A stretch of 64,000 bases of DNA from Endomicrobiales bacterium (lineage in GTDB: Bacteria; Elusimicrobiota; Endomicrobiia; Endomicrobiales; CAWCFT01). The translations under genes and the position numbers were made by a program. Positions 34,179 to 45,081 of the stretch are shown here, piece after piece. The number at the start of each line of letters is the position of its first letter. The first letter of the stretch is position 1. The DNA lies in contig CAWCFT010000001.1 in the NCBI GenBank assembly GCA_963794945.1, forward strand, positions 288,001-352,000, in the 5' to 3' direction. Under the pieces are notes generated by a model. It was given only the letters and a program-made list of their open reading frames with translations, was not told the origin of the DNA and searched no databases.

Positions 34179-34822
34179 GAAAGGCACGAAGATCAGGATC
34201 GCACCTAAACCTATTTACGAGCCCAGCGATGTCCCAAGAACACCCGAAACCGTTGTCCTGGATGTAATAAAGAAAAAAACAATACCCGCGCTGATCGAAT
34301 CCCTTGGCGACGCCGACCCCTATCTCCGATCGGTATCCGCAGAAGTCCTTGGAAGGCTGAAAGAAAAGAAAGCCGTCCAAAGCCTCGCCGCACTGCTTTC
34401 CGACCATTCAAAGTACGTCCGTGAAAAGGCCGCGATATCACTGGGCCATATAGGCGATAAATCATCTGTTCCTGCGCTGATCAAGGCATTAAACGACGAG
34501 TCGGAAGAGGTAAGGGTAACCGTGGCCGGTGTTTTAGGCCATCTGCGCGACCGCCTGGCAGTTCCAGCCCTTATAGTGTCATTAGCCGACCCAAGCGCAC
34601 ACACGAGAATGAAAGCCTGCGATCTCGCTGGGTATTATCGGAGACCCTTCCGCTGTCAAACCTTTATTCGGATTGCTTAAGGATGAGAACGAATTCGTCA
34701 GAAAATATGCCTGTGAAGCCATGGGAGCTATCGGATATCAGGCGATCCCTGCTCTGCTACTGGCGCTAAAAGATGAGAAAATACGCGCTCATGCAGCTCA
34801 GGCGCTGATGAAAATACGTTAA
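34147..34822 (+). CDS. HEAT/PBS-lyase repeat protein 1; frameshift near 34618
   Basis: Repeats such as [16 protein letters not shown]; continues in another frame to a TAA ending at 34822. Confidence 0.85.
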
Positions 34823-34839
34823 ACAGTGAGGGTTTAGCC

Positions 34840-35463
34840 ATGAATATATTCTCGAAGCTGAAATCATTCCTGGGGCTAAAATCAGAAGCTAACGCTGATA
34901 ACGATCCTCTTTCCACATCAGACGAGAACATAGTCGCTTCCATAATAGCTTCCCTTCGTGAGCCCGACCCTCTGATAAGGGCGATAAGCATAGGACTTGC
35001 CGGTCACCTTAAAGACAAGGCGTTCGTTGACCACCTGATAGAAATGCTTTCCGACCCGTTGGAAATAGTAAGGCAGAAAGCGGCTCAGGCGCTGGGTAAC
35101 ATCGCAAGCAAAAAGGCCGTTCCAGCGCTCATAAAAGCGCTTGAAGACCCTTCGGAAGACGTCAAGGTGACAGTAGCGGGAGTGCTCGGTTTCCTAAAGG
35201 ATAAGACAGCTGTTCCGGCTTTAATGAACACTCTTGCCGATAAAAGCGCACATACAAGGATGAAAGCCGCGATATCTCTCGGATATATCCGTGACGAAAA
35301 AGCTATACCAGCTTTAAGCAAGGCCACTAAAGACGATAACGAGTTCGTAAGGAAATACGCCTGCGAAGCCCTGGGAAATATAGGAAGGGACGCCGTGCCG
35401 GCGCTTCTTGAAGCTATGAAGGACAGCCGGCCTGAGAGAAACCGCGACAGCCGCTCTACTTAA
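34840..35463 (+). CDS. HEAT/PBS-lyase repeat protein 2
   Basis: Repeats [17 protein letters not shown] and [25 protein letters not shown]. Confidence 0.88.
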   Translation: MNIFSKLKSFLGLKSEANADNDPLSTSDENIVASIIASLREPDPLIRAISIGLAGHLKDKAFVDHLIEMLSDPLEIVRQKAAQALGNIASKKAVPALIKALEDPSEDVKVTVAGVLGFLKDKTAVPALMNTLADKSAHTRMKAAISLGYIRDEKAIPALSKATKDDNEFVRKYACEALGNIGRDAVPALLEAMKDSRPERNRDSRST

Positions 35464-35474
35464 AATCAAATAAA

Positions 35475-37947
35475 ATGACAAACTATAATCCGTCGGATAT
35501 CGAACCCAAGTGGCAGAATACCTGGGACGAGAAAATAATATTTAAAGCTTTGGACGACAGCCCGGCAAAGAAATATTACTGCCTTGTCATGTTCCCGTAC
35601 CCTTCCGGCAAACTTCATATGGGGCACGTGCGCAACTATAGTATCGGCGACGTGTTCGCCAGGTTCTACAGGATGAAGGGTTTTAATGTCATACACCCTA
35701 TCGGATGGGATTCGTTCGGATTGCCGGCAGAGAATGCCGCGATAAAGAACAAAACTAATCCGCGTGACTGGACAATAGAGAACATCAAGCAGATGGGTGT
35801 TCAGCTTAAAAGGCTTGGCATCTCTTACGACTGGGACAGGGAGATCGCTACATGCGACCCTAGATACTACAAATGGAACCAGTGGTTCTTCATAAAGATG
35901 TGGGAAAAGGGCTCGCTTTCAAGAAGAAAGCTCGCGTCAACTGGTGTCCTTCGTGCAAAACAGTGCTGGCCAACGAGCAGGTAAACCAAGGACTATGCTG
36001 GAGGTGTGATTCTAAAGTAGAAGATAAAGACCTCGAACAGTGGTTCGTTAAGATAACGGATTACGCGGAGGAGCTTCTGAGCGGGCACAAGCAGCTTGAA
36101 AAAGGCTGGCCGCAGGAAGTCCTCGCGATGCAAAAGAATTGGATAGGAAAATCTACGGGCGCTGAGCTGGATTTTGAAATAGAATCGGAAGATAAGGCAT
36201 TCAAGAGCAAAGTCCGGGTGTTCACAACCCGCCCAGATACGCTTTTCGGCGCCACATTTATGGTTTTTGCGCCGGAACATAAAATAGTGGAACGGCGGCG
36301 CCGAAAATTAAAAATATTGAACAGGCAAAGAGCTATATATCGCAAAGCAGAAAAAAATCAACTATCGAAAGGACATCTGAAAAGAAAAAAACAGGCCTTA
36401 AGCTTGAAGGCATATATGCTGTAAACCCGGCCGGCGGCAAAAAGATACCGGTTTTTATTGCAGATTACGTTTTGGCCGATTACGGGACAGGGGCGATAAT
36501 GGCTGTTCCGGCTCACGACCAGAGAGACTGGGATTTTGCGAAAAAGTTCGGGGCTGAAATTATAGAAGTCATTCATGGTGAAGGCGCAAACGTCTCGGCC
36601 TGCGCTTATGAAGGCGAAGGCGTAATGGTCAACTCCGGCGAGTTTAACGGGACAGATTCGCGGACAGGCGTAGAGAAAGTAACTAAGTGGATCGAGAGCA
36701 AAGGCCTTGGCAAAGGCGCGATTAACTTCAAGCTTAAAGAATGGCTGATCTCAAGACAGAGATACTGGGGCACGCCTATTCCCATGGTTTACTGCAAGGA
36801 GTGCGGTATAGTGCCAGTTAAAGAGGACGAACTTCCGGTCCTTCTGCCGGCAAACGTCGAACTGACAGGCCAGGGCGAATCTCCTCTTGCTTCAAATACG
36901 AAATTCCTGGAAACAACCTGCCCCAAGTGCGGCAAAACCGCGCGGCGGGAAACTGACACGATGGATACATTTGTTGATTCATCCTGGTATTTCTCTAGAT
37001 ATTGCGACCCGCAAAACAGCAAGGCGCCTTTTTCAAGCGCGCTCGCCGATAAATGGCTTCCAGTGGACCAGTACATTGGCGGCATAGAACACGCCTGCAT
37101 GCACCTTATATATTCAAGGTTCTGGCACAAGTTCATGAGGGACCTGGGTTTAGTCAAGTGCGACGAACCTTACACTAACCTTCTTACTCAGGGAATGGTC
37201 ACGCTTGGCGGCAGTGCAATGTCAAAATCACGCGGCAATGTCGTCTCGCCTGATGAGATAATAGTCAAATATGGGGCCGATACTGCCAGGCTGTTCATAC
37301 TTTTCGCGGCGCCACCGGAAAAGCAGCTCGACTGGTCGCAGGACGGGCTTGAAGGCTGCTGGAGGTTCCTTAACAGGGTTTGGCGTTTGCAGGAACTGGC
37401 GGGTTCCAAAGAAAAAAAAGTGGTGATTACCGGCGATGAAGCCGCGGCAGCAGAAAAGAAGCTGTTGTCTAAAACAAGCAAAACTATCAATAAAGTTGAA
37501 CGTGACATAAATACGGAACACCAGCTCAACACAGCCATATCTTCAGTTATGGAACTAGTCAACGAATTATATTCCTATCCGCTTTTAGGCTGTGAAACAG
37601 GGTTTGAAACGGCGGCCAGGGCATACGAGGCTGTCATCCTTCTTCTTGCTCCTTATACGCCGCATATTTGCGAAGAGATATGGCAGAAACTAGGGCACAA
37701 TGACAGTATTGCTTTCGCCGAATGGCCCTTAGCAGATCCTAAATATCTGGCAGACGATGAGATTGAACTTCCTATCCAGATAAACGGAAAACTGCGCGGG
37801 AAAGTGTGCGTTCCTGCCGAAATAACTGAAAACGAGCTTAAAGATTTATGCGCGAAAGATGAAAAGGTGGCGAAATTATTAGAGAACAGAAGTATTGTTA
37901 AATTTATTTATGTGCCAAAACGGATAGTAAATATCATTTTAGTGTAA
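35475..37947 (+). CDS. leuS: Leucine--tRNA ligase; frameshifts near 35910, 36300 and 36400
   Basis: [33 protein letters not shown] and AMSKS across ORF pieces. Confidence 0.97.
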
Positions 37948-37979
37948 TGCCAAAAGAAAGACGTGTGCAAGATATTGAG

Positions 37980-38142
37980 ATAATCAAATATCAAGAATCA
38001 AAAATCAAAATGACAAATCAAAATTTAGAGATAGATTCAAAATAATAATTAGTAAAAAATATTTTTAAGCGGTAGTTTGTATGATTCATGTTGTTAACCT
38101 TAATTTTGGTATTTGATATTTAATTTTTGACATTAAGATTTT
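37980..38142. repeat. Inverted array of 7-nt tandem repeats (AATCAAA / TTTGATT)
   Basis: aatcaaa tatcaag aatcaaa aatcaaa ... ttttggt atttgat atttaat ttttgac. Confidence 0.8.
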
Positions 38143-38159
38143 AAAATAAAGGAGGATTT

Positions 38160-38714
38160 ATGAATGCAGCAAAAATGATCAAGTATCTTTTGTTGACAGG
38201 CATTATCGCTGTGATGGGGTGCGCATCGCCGTATACTCCGGCTCCGCAGCTGTTACCCGCGCACATAAAGAACATTTACATCCGTCCGTTCGTCAACAAT
38301 ACAAATCAGTACGGTTTGGAAGAAAAATTGACCCTGGCCGTTACAGATGAATTCATCAGGGATGGAAGAATGAAGATAGTTAATTCCGAAGCTGAAGCTG
38401 ACGGTGTTGTGGTAGGGGAGATAAGCAAATATATTCTTCAGCCGCTGACATACGATGCCAATATGGTCACGCAACAGTATAAATTGTGGGTACTGCTGAA
38501 TATACATTTCGTTGACAGGGTAAAAAATGTCACTATGTGGTCAGAACCGAACATGGAAGGCATACAGGTGTATTACGATGCCACAAGAGGCGGACCTACA
38601 GAAGTTGAAGTTCAGCAGACCATGTGGGGGAACTTCGCGCAGGACATAGTTAAACGCACAATGGAAGGGTTTGGTTCTGTTTCAGGCGCAGAACAATACA
38701 AAGTGCCGCAATAA
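38160..38714 (+). CDS. lptE: LptE-family lipoprotein
   Basis: Lipobox VMGC; IYIRPFVNNT...LEEKLT; conserved leuS-lptE-holA order. Confidence 0.8.
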   Translation: MNAAKMIKYLLLTGIIAVMGCASPYTPAPQLLPAHIKNIYIRPFVNNTNQYGLEEKLTLAVTDEFIRDGRMKIVNSEAEADGVVVGEISKYILQPLTYDANMVTQQYKLWVLLNIHFVDRVKNVTMWSEPNMEGIQVYYDATRGGPTEVEVQQTMWGNFAQDIVKRTMEGFGSVSGAEQYKVPQ

Positions 38715-38719
38715 ACGGG

Positions 38720-38830
38720 TTCAAATTTCAAATATTAAAGATTAAATATGCAGGGTTCAAGTAAGTGAACATCTTTTGTTTCAATGATTTTAATTGGACA
38801 TATTTTTGATGTTTAATTTTTGATTTTTGA
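38720..38830. repeat. Inverted array of 7-nt tandem repeats
   Basis: ttcaaat ttcaaat attaaag attaaat ... ttttgat gtttaat ttttgat ttttgag. Confidence 0.75.
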
Positions 38831-38842
38831 GTGCTTAAAACT

Positions 38843-39850
38843 ATGGCATATTTAAAACCTAAAGAATTTTATATTCGTATCAGGGAACAAAAATACAGGC
38901 CCGTTTATCTCTTCGCCGGCGAGGACGTATACCAGCAGGAAGAGGCGTGCCGTTTTATAGTAAAAAAGCTGGATGTAGATTCGCTGAATATGGAGATCTT
39001 CTATTGCGGCGACATGAACATAAACGATCTGATGCTTGCCGCGCAGACCCATCCATTTATGGCCGAAAGGCGTCTCCTAGTTGTTAAAGACGCGCACAAA
39101 CTAAAGAGCGCCGATGTAGCGGCGCTTTCGGTGTTTTTAAAGAACCCTCTTGAAACAGTATGCCTGCTGTTCATGTGGCCTGAGAAAGTCAGAAAGGAGA
39201 ACAAAAGCAGCGCTCTGTTCAAGGCTATTGAAGCGGCTGGAGAAGTGGTGGAGTTCAAGGCGCTTTACGAGAACGAATTGCCGGCATGGGTAAAGATTAA
39301 AATCAAAGAACAATCTAAAACTATATCTGATGAAGCGGTTGGGGTGCTGATCGCTGAAACAGGGACTAATCTTCTTGACCTGGACAACGAGATCGAAAAA
39401 CTGGCCCTTTACTGCGCGAAAAAGAATGAAATAGCAGTTGCCGACGTTGAAAAGGTGAGCGGACACGCGCGCCAGGCGAACCTCAATAACCTTGCTGAGT
39501 CTGTAGAAAGCGGCAGGATTGGAACCGCGCTTGAGATTACAGAGAAACTCTTGAGTGAAGGCGAGATACCGCTGAAGATGCTCACCACAATCTACAGGGT
39601 GCTCCGGAGGCTGCTCATTGCCAGGAGCATGATGGACGAAAAGAAGAGTTCCCGCATGGAAATCCAGCAGGAACTTAACCTTAACGCGTATTTTGACAGG
39701 AACTTTTTCAATAACCTCTCGAAATACAGCCTCGAAAGGCTTAAGAAAGGGATCAGTCAGGTGTTGTCTGCGGACATTGATCTTAAATCATCTTCAAAAC
39801 CTGAGAACATGGTCTTTGAGGAACTGATCCTGTCTTTGTCAGGCAATTGA
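38843..39850 (+). CDS. holA: DNA polymerase III delta subunit
   Basis: PVYLFAGED, PFMAERRLLVVKD and LDNEIEKL; conserved synteny. Confidence 0.93.
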   Translation: MAYLKPKEFYIRIREQKYRPVYLFAGEDVYQQEEACRFIVKKLDVDSLNMEIFYCGDMNINDLMLAAQTHPFMAERRLLVVKDAHKLKSADVAALSVFLKNPLETVCLLFMWPEKVRKENKSSALFKAIEAAGEVVEFKALYENELPAWVKIKIKEQSKTISDEAVGVLIAETGTNLLDLDNEIEKLALYCAKKNEIAVADVEKVSGHARQANLNNLAESVESGRIGTALEITEKLLSEGEIPLKMLTTIYRVLRRLLIARSMMDEKKSSRMEIQQELNLNAYFDRNFFNNLSKYSLERLKKGISQVLSADIDLKSSSKPENMVFEELILSLSGN

Positions 39851-40117
39851 TTTAACGAGTTTTGCGAGGCGTGCTTTCTGGTTAGCCGCGGCGTTATCGT
39901 GGATAATATCTTTCTTTGATGCCTTGTCCCATTCTGAAAAGGCGAGTTTTAGAAGGCTCGAAGCGGCGGTTTTGTCCTTAGCGGTGACTGCGGCTTCAAC
40001 TTTTCTTACAATGTTGCTGATCTTGCTTCTAACTGCTTTGTTCCTTGTTGCGCGTTTTATAGCCGAACGGTTTTCTTTTAACGCTGATGTGTGACGTCCT
40101 GTCTTTAGTTTTGCCAT
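39839..40117 (-). CDS. rpsT: 30S ribosomal protein S20
   Basis: RNKAVRSKI...DKASKKDIIHDNAAANQKARL; convergent with holA. Confidence 0.93.
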   Translation of the reverse strand: MAKLKTGRHTSALKENRSAIKRATRNKAVRSKISNIVRKVEAAVTAKDKTAASSLLKLAFSEWDKASKKDIIHDNAAANQKARLAKLVKSIA

Positions 40118-40149
40118 TTAATTCCTCCAGAGCTTTTTAAGATTGACGT

Positions 40150-40178
40150 ATTTTACAAATTTCGGTGCTAGAAGTCAA
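40150..40178 (-). promoter_or_regulatory. Sigma70-type promoter of rpsT
   Basis: Minus strand TTGACT-17 nt-TAAAAT. Confidence 0.6.
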
Positions 40179-40196
40179 ATTTGGATCAGAACCGAT

Positions 40197-40270
40197 TAAA
40201 AATTGAAGATTTTGAAAAATTTAAAATTGTTCAACCTTTAATCTTCAAAATTTTCAATCTTCTAAATCTT
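40197..40270. repeat. Inverted array of ~8-nt tandem repeats upstream of murJ
   Basis: aattgaagattttgaaaaatttaaaatt ... aatcttcaaaattttcaatcttctaaatc. Confidence 0.7.
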
Positions 40271-40279
40271 TTATTAATT

Positions 40280-41902
40280 ATGACAGAACACCACAAAATA
40301 GCAAGATCTGTTTCAATAATAAGCATCGCCACCATGACAAGCAGGGTGCTCGGGTATGTCCGCGACGGGCTTTTCGCCGGGCTCTTCGGCGCCGGGGTAA
40401 TATCCGACGCTTTCCTTGTGGCTTACCGTATCCCGAACCTGTTAAGGGACCTGCTGGCTGAAGGGGCTTTAAGCTCAGCGTTCATACCGGTGTTTACCGA
40501 GCATCTTACGAAAGACGGCAAAGAATCGGCATGGCGGCTAGCCAACCTGCTGATAAATTTAATGCTGATCCTTCTTTCGGTTATAGTAATAGCCGGTATA
40601 ATCCTTTCTCCGTACCTTGTGCATCTTCTTCAATGGAACCTTTCAGGACAGGCGTTCGACCTTACAGTAAGGCTCACGCGCACCGTGTTCCCTTTCATCG
40701 CGTTCATGGCGCTGGCAGCTCTTCTGATGGGTATCCTGAACTCTCACCAGGATTTTACGGTGTCAGCGTTCGCCCCGGCTTTGCTGAATGTCATGATGAT
40801 AATAACCGGCATATTCATCTGCCCTCTGTTCGGCACTTTGCCGGAAAAACAGGTTGTCGGGTGGGCCATAGGAGCCCTGGCAGGGGGGCTGGCTCAGTTC
40901 GTCGTTCAAATACCGGCCGTAATAAAGAAAGGATGGATATACAAACCTATCCTTAATCTCAAGGACAAAGGCGTCAGAAAGATATTGAAATTAATGACAC
41001 CAGCCGTATTCGCCCAGTCTGTCACCCAAATTAATATTATAGTTGTTAACACAATAATGGCAGGCCTTTTGGGGAAAGCGGCTATAACATACCTCTACTA
41101 CGGCAACAGGCTGATGCAGCTGCCGCTGGGCGTTTTCGCTGTGGCTATAGCCACGGCGACACTTCCCGTAATTTCACGGAACATAGCGAAAGGCGAGCAT
41201 GCTGAGGCCATCAAGAACTACTCATTCGCCTTGCGCTTGGCTTTTTTTATAGCCATTCCCGCTACCGTGGGCATGATAGTCCTCAGCTTGCCCATAAACT
41301 GCCTGCTGTTTCAGTATGGGAAATTCGCTCTGGCGGACGCGCAGGCAACCGCGAAGACCGCGGTACTGTTTAGCCTCGGTTTGTTCGCTTTCTCCGGAGT
41401 TAAGATAACCGTGCCTATATTTTACGCGCTGAACGATTCAAAAACACCCGTGAAGATCGGCATTGTAACAGTAGCGTCGAACATACTGCTCGGCCTGTTA
41501 TTGATGTCAAAGATGAGCTATTTCGGGTTGGCTCTATCAACCTCACTTTCCGCAACGCTCAACTTTTTCCTGCTTACATGGTTCCTTAGGAAAAAATTAG
41601 GAAGTATTAAGGGTTCGGAAGTTCTCAATTCGGTACTGCGGATATCGGTCGCAGCTGCCGTAATGGCCGTTGTCTGCTGGCTGGTTTACCATGCTGTCCA
41701 TAACCATATTAACTTCGGCAGCGGACATCTTTCGGCGAAACTCAACCAGTTGGCTGAGGTATCAGCAGGTATATTTATCAGCATAGCGGCCTTCCTGGCC
41801 GCCTGCTGGCTCCTTAAGGTTCGAGAACTACAGCTTCTGTTTCAGATGATATCATCGGGAAGGACACCTGATTCAGCCGAAGCGGAAGCGTGGAAAGAAT
41901 AG
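40280..41902 (+). CDS. murJ: Lipid II flippase MurJ
   Basis: SRVLGYVRD, AYRIPNLLRDLLAEGALSSAFIP, RLMQLPLG; divergent from rpsT. Confidence 0.95.
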   Translation: MTEHHKIARSVSIISIATMTSRVLGYVRDGLFAGLFGAGVISDAFLVAYRIPNLLRDLLAEGALSSAFIPVFTEHLTKDGKESAWRLANLLINLMLILLSVIVIAGIILSPYLVHLLQWNLSGQAFDLTVRLTRTVFPFIAFMALAALLMGILNSHQDFTVSAFAPALLNVMMIITGIFICPLFGTLPEKQVVGWAIGALAGGLAQFVVQIPAVIKKGWIYKPILNLKDKGVRKILKLMTPAVFAQSVTQINIIVVNTIMAGLLGKAAITYLYYGNRLMQLPLGVFAVAIATATLPVISRNIAKGEHAEAIKNYSFALRLAFFIAIPATVGMIVLSLPINCLLFQYGKFALADAQATAKTAVLFSLGLFAFSGVKITVPIFYALNDSKTPVKIGIVTVASNILLGLLLMSKMSYFGLALSTSLSATLNFFLLTWFLRKKLGSIKGSEVLNSVLRISVAAAVMAVVCWLVYHAVHNHINFGSGHLSAKLNQLAEVSAGIFISIAAFLAACWLLKVRELQLLFQMISSGRTPDSAEAEAWKE

Positions 41903-41906
41903 CAGA

Positions 41907-42035
41907 AAATTCAAAAATCAAGAATCAAAAATCAAAAATGAAAAGCAATCAATAAACCTCTGACAGGCAGTTTTAAAAAGGCCGCCAATGGCGGCACCTC
42001 ATATTTGACATTTAATTTTTGATATTTGATTTAAT
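41907..42035. repeat. Inverted array of 7-nt tandem repeats with an internal GCCGCC-aat-GGCGGC palindrome
   Basis: ttcaaaa atcaaga atcaaaa atcaaaa ... atttgac atttaat ttttgat atttgat. Confidence 0.8.
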
Positions 42036-42040
42036 ATAAA

Positions 42041-43345
42041 ATGGAACACAAAATCGACCTCTCTTCTTTGCCTGACGCGCCGGGCGTCTATATAATGCGG
42101 GATTCTGCCGCAAAGATCATATACATCGGCAAAGCCATATCCCTCAAAAAAAGGGTCTCTTCGTACTTCAACAAATCGCCGGACATGAAAACGGTGGGGA
42201 TATTATCGTCCCTGCGGCACATAGACTTCGTGCTTTGCGCTTCCGAGCGGGACGCCCTTGTGTTCGAGCGGCTCCTTATCAATCAGCACAAACCTTTCTT
42301 TAACGCGATGTGGAAAGACGACAAATCTTACCCATACCTCAAGCTCACCCTAAAAGAAGATTTTCCAAGGCTGATACTCACCAGAAAAAAGTTAAATGAC
42401 GGCGGCGAATATTTCGGCCCGTACCCGCACGTCATACAGATCAAGAAACTTCAATTGTGGCTGTCAAGGATATTCAAGCTCAGGCTGTGCAAGATAGATA
42501 TTTATAAAAACAGCCTGCCGAAAGCTTCCAAAGTAAAGTCGTGCCTTTACCTGCACACTGGAAGATGCTCCGGGCCCTGCGTTGGCAGGATAAACGCGGA
42601 AGAATACGGAAAACTTATCAAAGAAGTAAGGCTTTTTCTGAAAGCAAGATACGTGCAGTTAAAAGAAGTTTGGGAAAAAGAAATGAGCGAAGCAAGCAAG
42701 GCCCTGCAATACGAAAAGGCGGCCGACATCCGCGACAGGCTTGGGGCTCTGGGCCAGATGCAGGAAAAGATCATAGTAAGGGAGATGAAAAGCGAGGACC
42801 TTGAACTTTCGCTCCAAAGCACGGACGCTCTAAAGGAACTAAAAGATGTATTGAAGCTTAAGTCGTGGCCCATAGTCATAGAGGGGTTCGATATATCAAA
42901 CATTTCAGGCACCCTCGCGGTTGGTTCAATGGTCAGTTTCCGCAACGCCCAGCCGGATAAATCTTCGTACAGAAAATACAAGATAAGAACGGTTGAAGGC
43001 TCGGATGATTTCGCGATGATAAGTGAAGTTGTTTACCGCAGGTATAAGAGGCTTTCCACTGAGAAAGCCGCGCTGCCTGACCTTGTGCTTATAGATGGAG
43101 GCAAAGGGCAGCTGGCGGCCGCGATGGAGGCTATGAAAAAACTCGGATTAAATAAAGTTCCTCTGGCGTCGCTTGCAAAGAGAAACGAAGAGATATTCCT
43201 GCCGCTGAACCCCAACCCGGTATTGCTTCCAAAAGGCTCACCTGCGCTTCATGTCCTGCAGCGCGTCCGCGATGAGGCGCACCGTTTCGCGCTTGCTTAC
43301 CACCATAACCGCAGGAAAAGCTTATTACTTTCAAATAAGAGATAG
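42041..43345 (+). CDS. uvrC: Excinuclease ABC subunit C (short form without the C-terminal HhH)
   Basis: PGVYIM...IYIGKAISLKKRVSSYF, UVR domain, IEGFDISN, LIDGGKGQL, RDEAHRFA. Confidence 0.93.
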   Translation: MEHKIDLSSLPDAPGVYIMRDSAAKIIYIGKAISLKKRVSSYFNKSPDMKTVGILSSLRHIDFVLCASERDALVFERLLINQHKPFFNAMWKDDKSYPYLKLTLKEDFPRLILTRKKLNDGGEYFGPYPHVIQIKKLQLWLSRIFKLRLCKIDIYKNSLPKASKVKSCLYLHTGRCSGPCVGRINAEEYGKLIKEVRLFLKARYVQLKEVWEKEMSEASKALQYEKAADIRDRLGALGQMQEKIIVREMKSEDLELSLQSTDALKELKDVLKLKSWPIVIEGFDISNISGTLAVGSMVSFRNAQPDKSSYRKYKIRTVEGSDDFAMISEVVYRRYKRLSTEKAALPDLVLIDGGKGQLAAAMEAMKKLGLNKVPLASLAKRNEEIFLPLNPNPVLLPKGSPALHVLQRVRDEAHRFALAYHHNRRKSLLLSNKR

Positions 43346-43368
43346 TTGAAAAAGCTATCAACTATCTT

Positions 43369-43476
43369 GATTACGGTGATTATCCGCCAATGGCGGACTT
43401 CGATTACAGTGATTGGAATCTTGATATCACCGTAATCTTCCATTCTTGTCGCTGTAATCAGTCCCGCCTTGGCGGG
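43369..43476. repeat. GATTAC-type inverted-repeat element without a cargo gene
   Basis: GATTACGGTGATT (43369), GATTACAGTGATT (43402), ATCACCGTAATC (43426), TCGCTGTAATC (43449), plus two CCGCC/GGCGG mini-palindromes. Confidence 0.75.
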
Positions 43477-43519
43477 TTCGATAAGTAAAAATCCTTCATA
43501 AAACAGCGTTAATTACTGC

Positions 43520-43548
43520 TTGACATCAAAGTTCATCTGTGTTATAAT
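43520..43548 (+). promoter_or_regulatory. Consensus sigma70 promoter upstream of the FAS/PKS-like cluster
   Basis: Perfect TTGACA-17 nt-TATAAT with a TG extended -10. Confidence 0.82.
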
Positions 43549-43757
43549 TAGGCTCAAATGAGGGGCGTTACCTTTACAACACCAATTCCAGAGTTTTTTC
43601 CAACCAGGCTACACAGTGAAAGGCCCTCAGCCTTTTTCCATAATTATTTCAATTTTACTAAAAATATTGTTCAGTATTCACTTGTTATTATTAATAAGAA
43701 GTCTTTTTTCATTTAAATAGATCTTCATACTTGGGGCCGTGGTTCAAAAAGGGGAAA

Positions 43758-44976
43758 ATGCAAAAAAATCATATGTTGATCACCGGGATCGGTGTAGTAT
43801 CGCCCTGCGGCGCTAGGCAAAGATATTTTTTTTAACTGCCTTGAGTCCTCTAAAAACTTACTGGCAAAGCCCAAGAATATTTCGTATTCAGGAGCTGCAG
43901 GCGAAGTCAATGATAAAGCGGTTCTAAAGTATCTCGGCGAAAAAGGCGTGCGTAACCTTGACAGAAGCGCGCTGGTACTGCTGGCTGCTGTCGGTATGGC
44001 TATCAAAGAAGCAAAACTTGTGATAGACGCCTCGAATACCGACAGGATCGGTATAGCCACCGGTACAACGTTCTCTCACCTTCAGCCTATAGTAGATTTT
44101 GATAGAGAAGTATTCAAAGAAAGCATCAACTTCGCAAGCCCGGTATTGTTCCCTTCTACCGTTCTTAATGCCGCTTCCTCCCAGGCTTCCATCAGATACA
44201 ACATACAGGGTTTCAACACTACTATCAGCACGGGATTTACATCCAGCCTTGAAGCCGTAAAATACGCTATCAACAGCCTTGAAAACGGCCACGCGGACAT
44301 CGTATTTTCAGCGGGCCTTGAACCGCTTTCGCGGTCGTTATTGTTCGGCCTAAAGAAACTGAGATACATCGCGGGCATCAGCGGGCCGGATATTTCATGC
44401 CCGTTCGACGCGAGAAGGAACGGCCCTGTCCCGGCGGAGGGCGCTGGCGTGCTGTGTTTGGAAACTGAGAGCTCAGCCAAAAAAAGAAAGGTGAAACCTT
44501 ACGCGAAAATATTAAGCGTAGAGAGCTGTTTTGACCCGAGAGGAACAGCCAAGGTTTATCCTACAGGAGAAAGCATCGCCCAGGCCGTCATTAGCGCCAT
44601 AGGTGAAGCCGGGGTCAAGCCTGGAGACATTGATTACATCTCTTCCTGCGCGAATTCGACCCGGGACCTTGACCGCATAGAAGTTAAGGCCCTGAAAAAA
44701 GTGTTCGGCGCAAATGTAGGCAAAATACCCGTAAGCTCAATTAAATCCATGATAGGCGAGACCTTTTCCGCTTCCGGCGCCATGCAGATGATATCCTGCG
44801 TGGGCGCGATGGAACACGGCATCATCCCTCCCACGATCAATTACAAATTAAGCGATCCTCAATGCGATATAAACTGCGTACCAAACAAGCCCATTAAAAA
44901 GAAAGTGAACCTGGCGCTGGTAGTCTCTTCCGGGCCCGGCGGCTATAACAGCGCCTGCGTTATTGAAAAAGCATGA
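43758..44976 (+). CDS. Non-catalytic ketosynthase-like protein (chain-length-factor-like); frameshift near 43805
   Basis: MQKNHMLITGIGVVSP start; KS fold (PFDARRNG, AEGAG, IPPTIN); catalytic positions read STGFTSS, SSCANST and KSMIGET. Confidence 0.85.
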
Positions 44977-44980
44977 AAGC

Positions 44981-45060
44981 AATTGAAAATTGAAAAATTT
45001 AAGATTTAAAATTAGCGTCGTAAATATTTAATCTTAAATCTTTAATTTTAAATTCTCAAT
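44981..45060. repeat. Inverted array of short tandem repeats
   Basis: aattgaa aattgaa aaattta agattta ... aatcttaaat (reverse complement of atttaagatt) ... ttctcaat. Confidence 0.7.
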
Positions 45061-45081
45061 ATTAAATCAAAGGGTAATATC

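Noticed and set aside
35475..37947. leuS, secA, dxs and others as pseudogenes or programmed frameshifts
   Set aside because: Essential genes with intact motifs and scattered 1-nt indels with no shared slippery signal; assembly error is more likely
40181..40279. N-terminal extension of the murJ ORF (MDQNRLKIEDF...)
   Set aside because: It reads through the inverted repeat array; the MurJ-like sequence starts at 40280
37980..42035. Short repeat arrays as CRISPR
   Set aside because: Units are ~7 nt, degenerate and inverted, with no regular spacers and no cas genes
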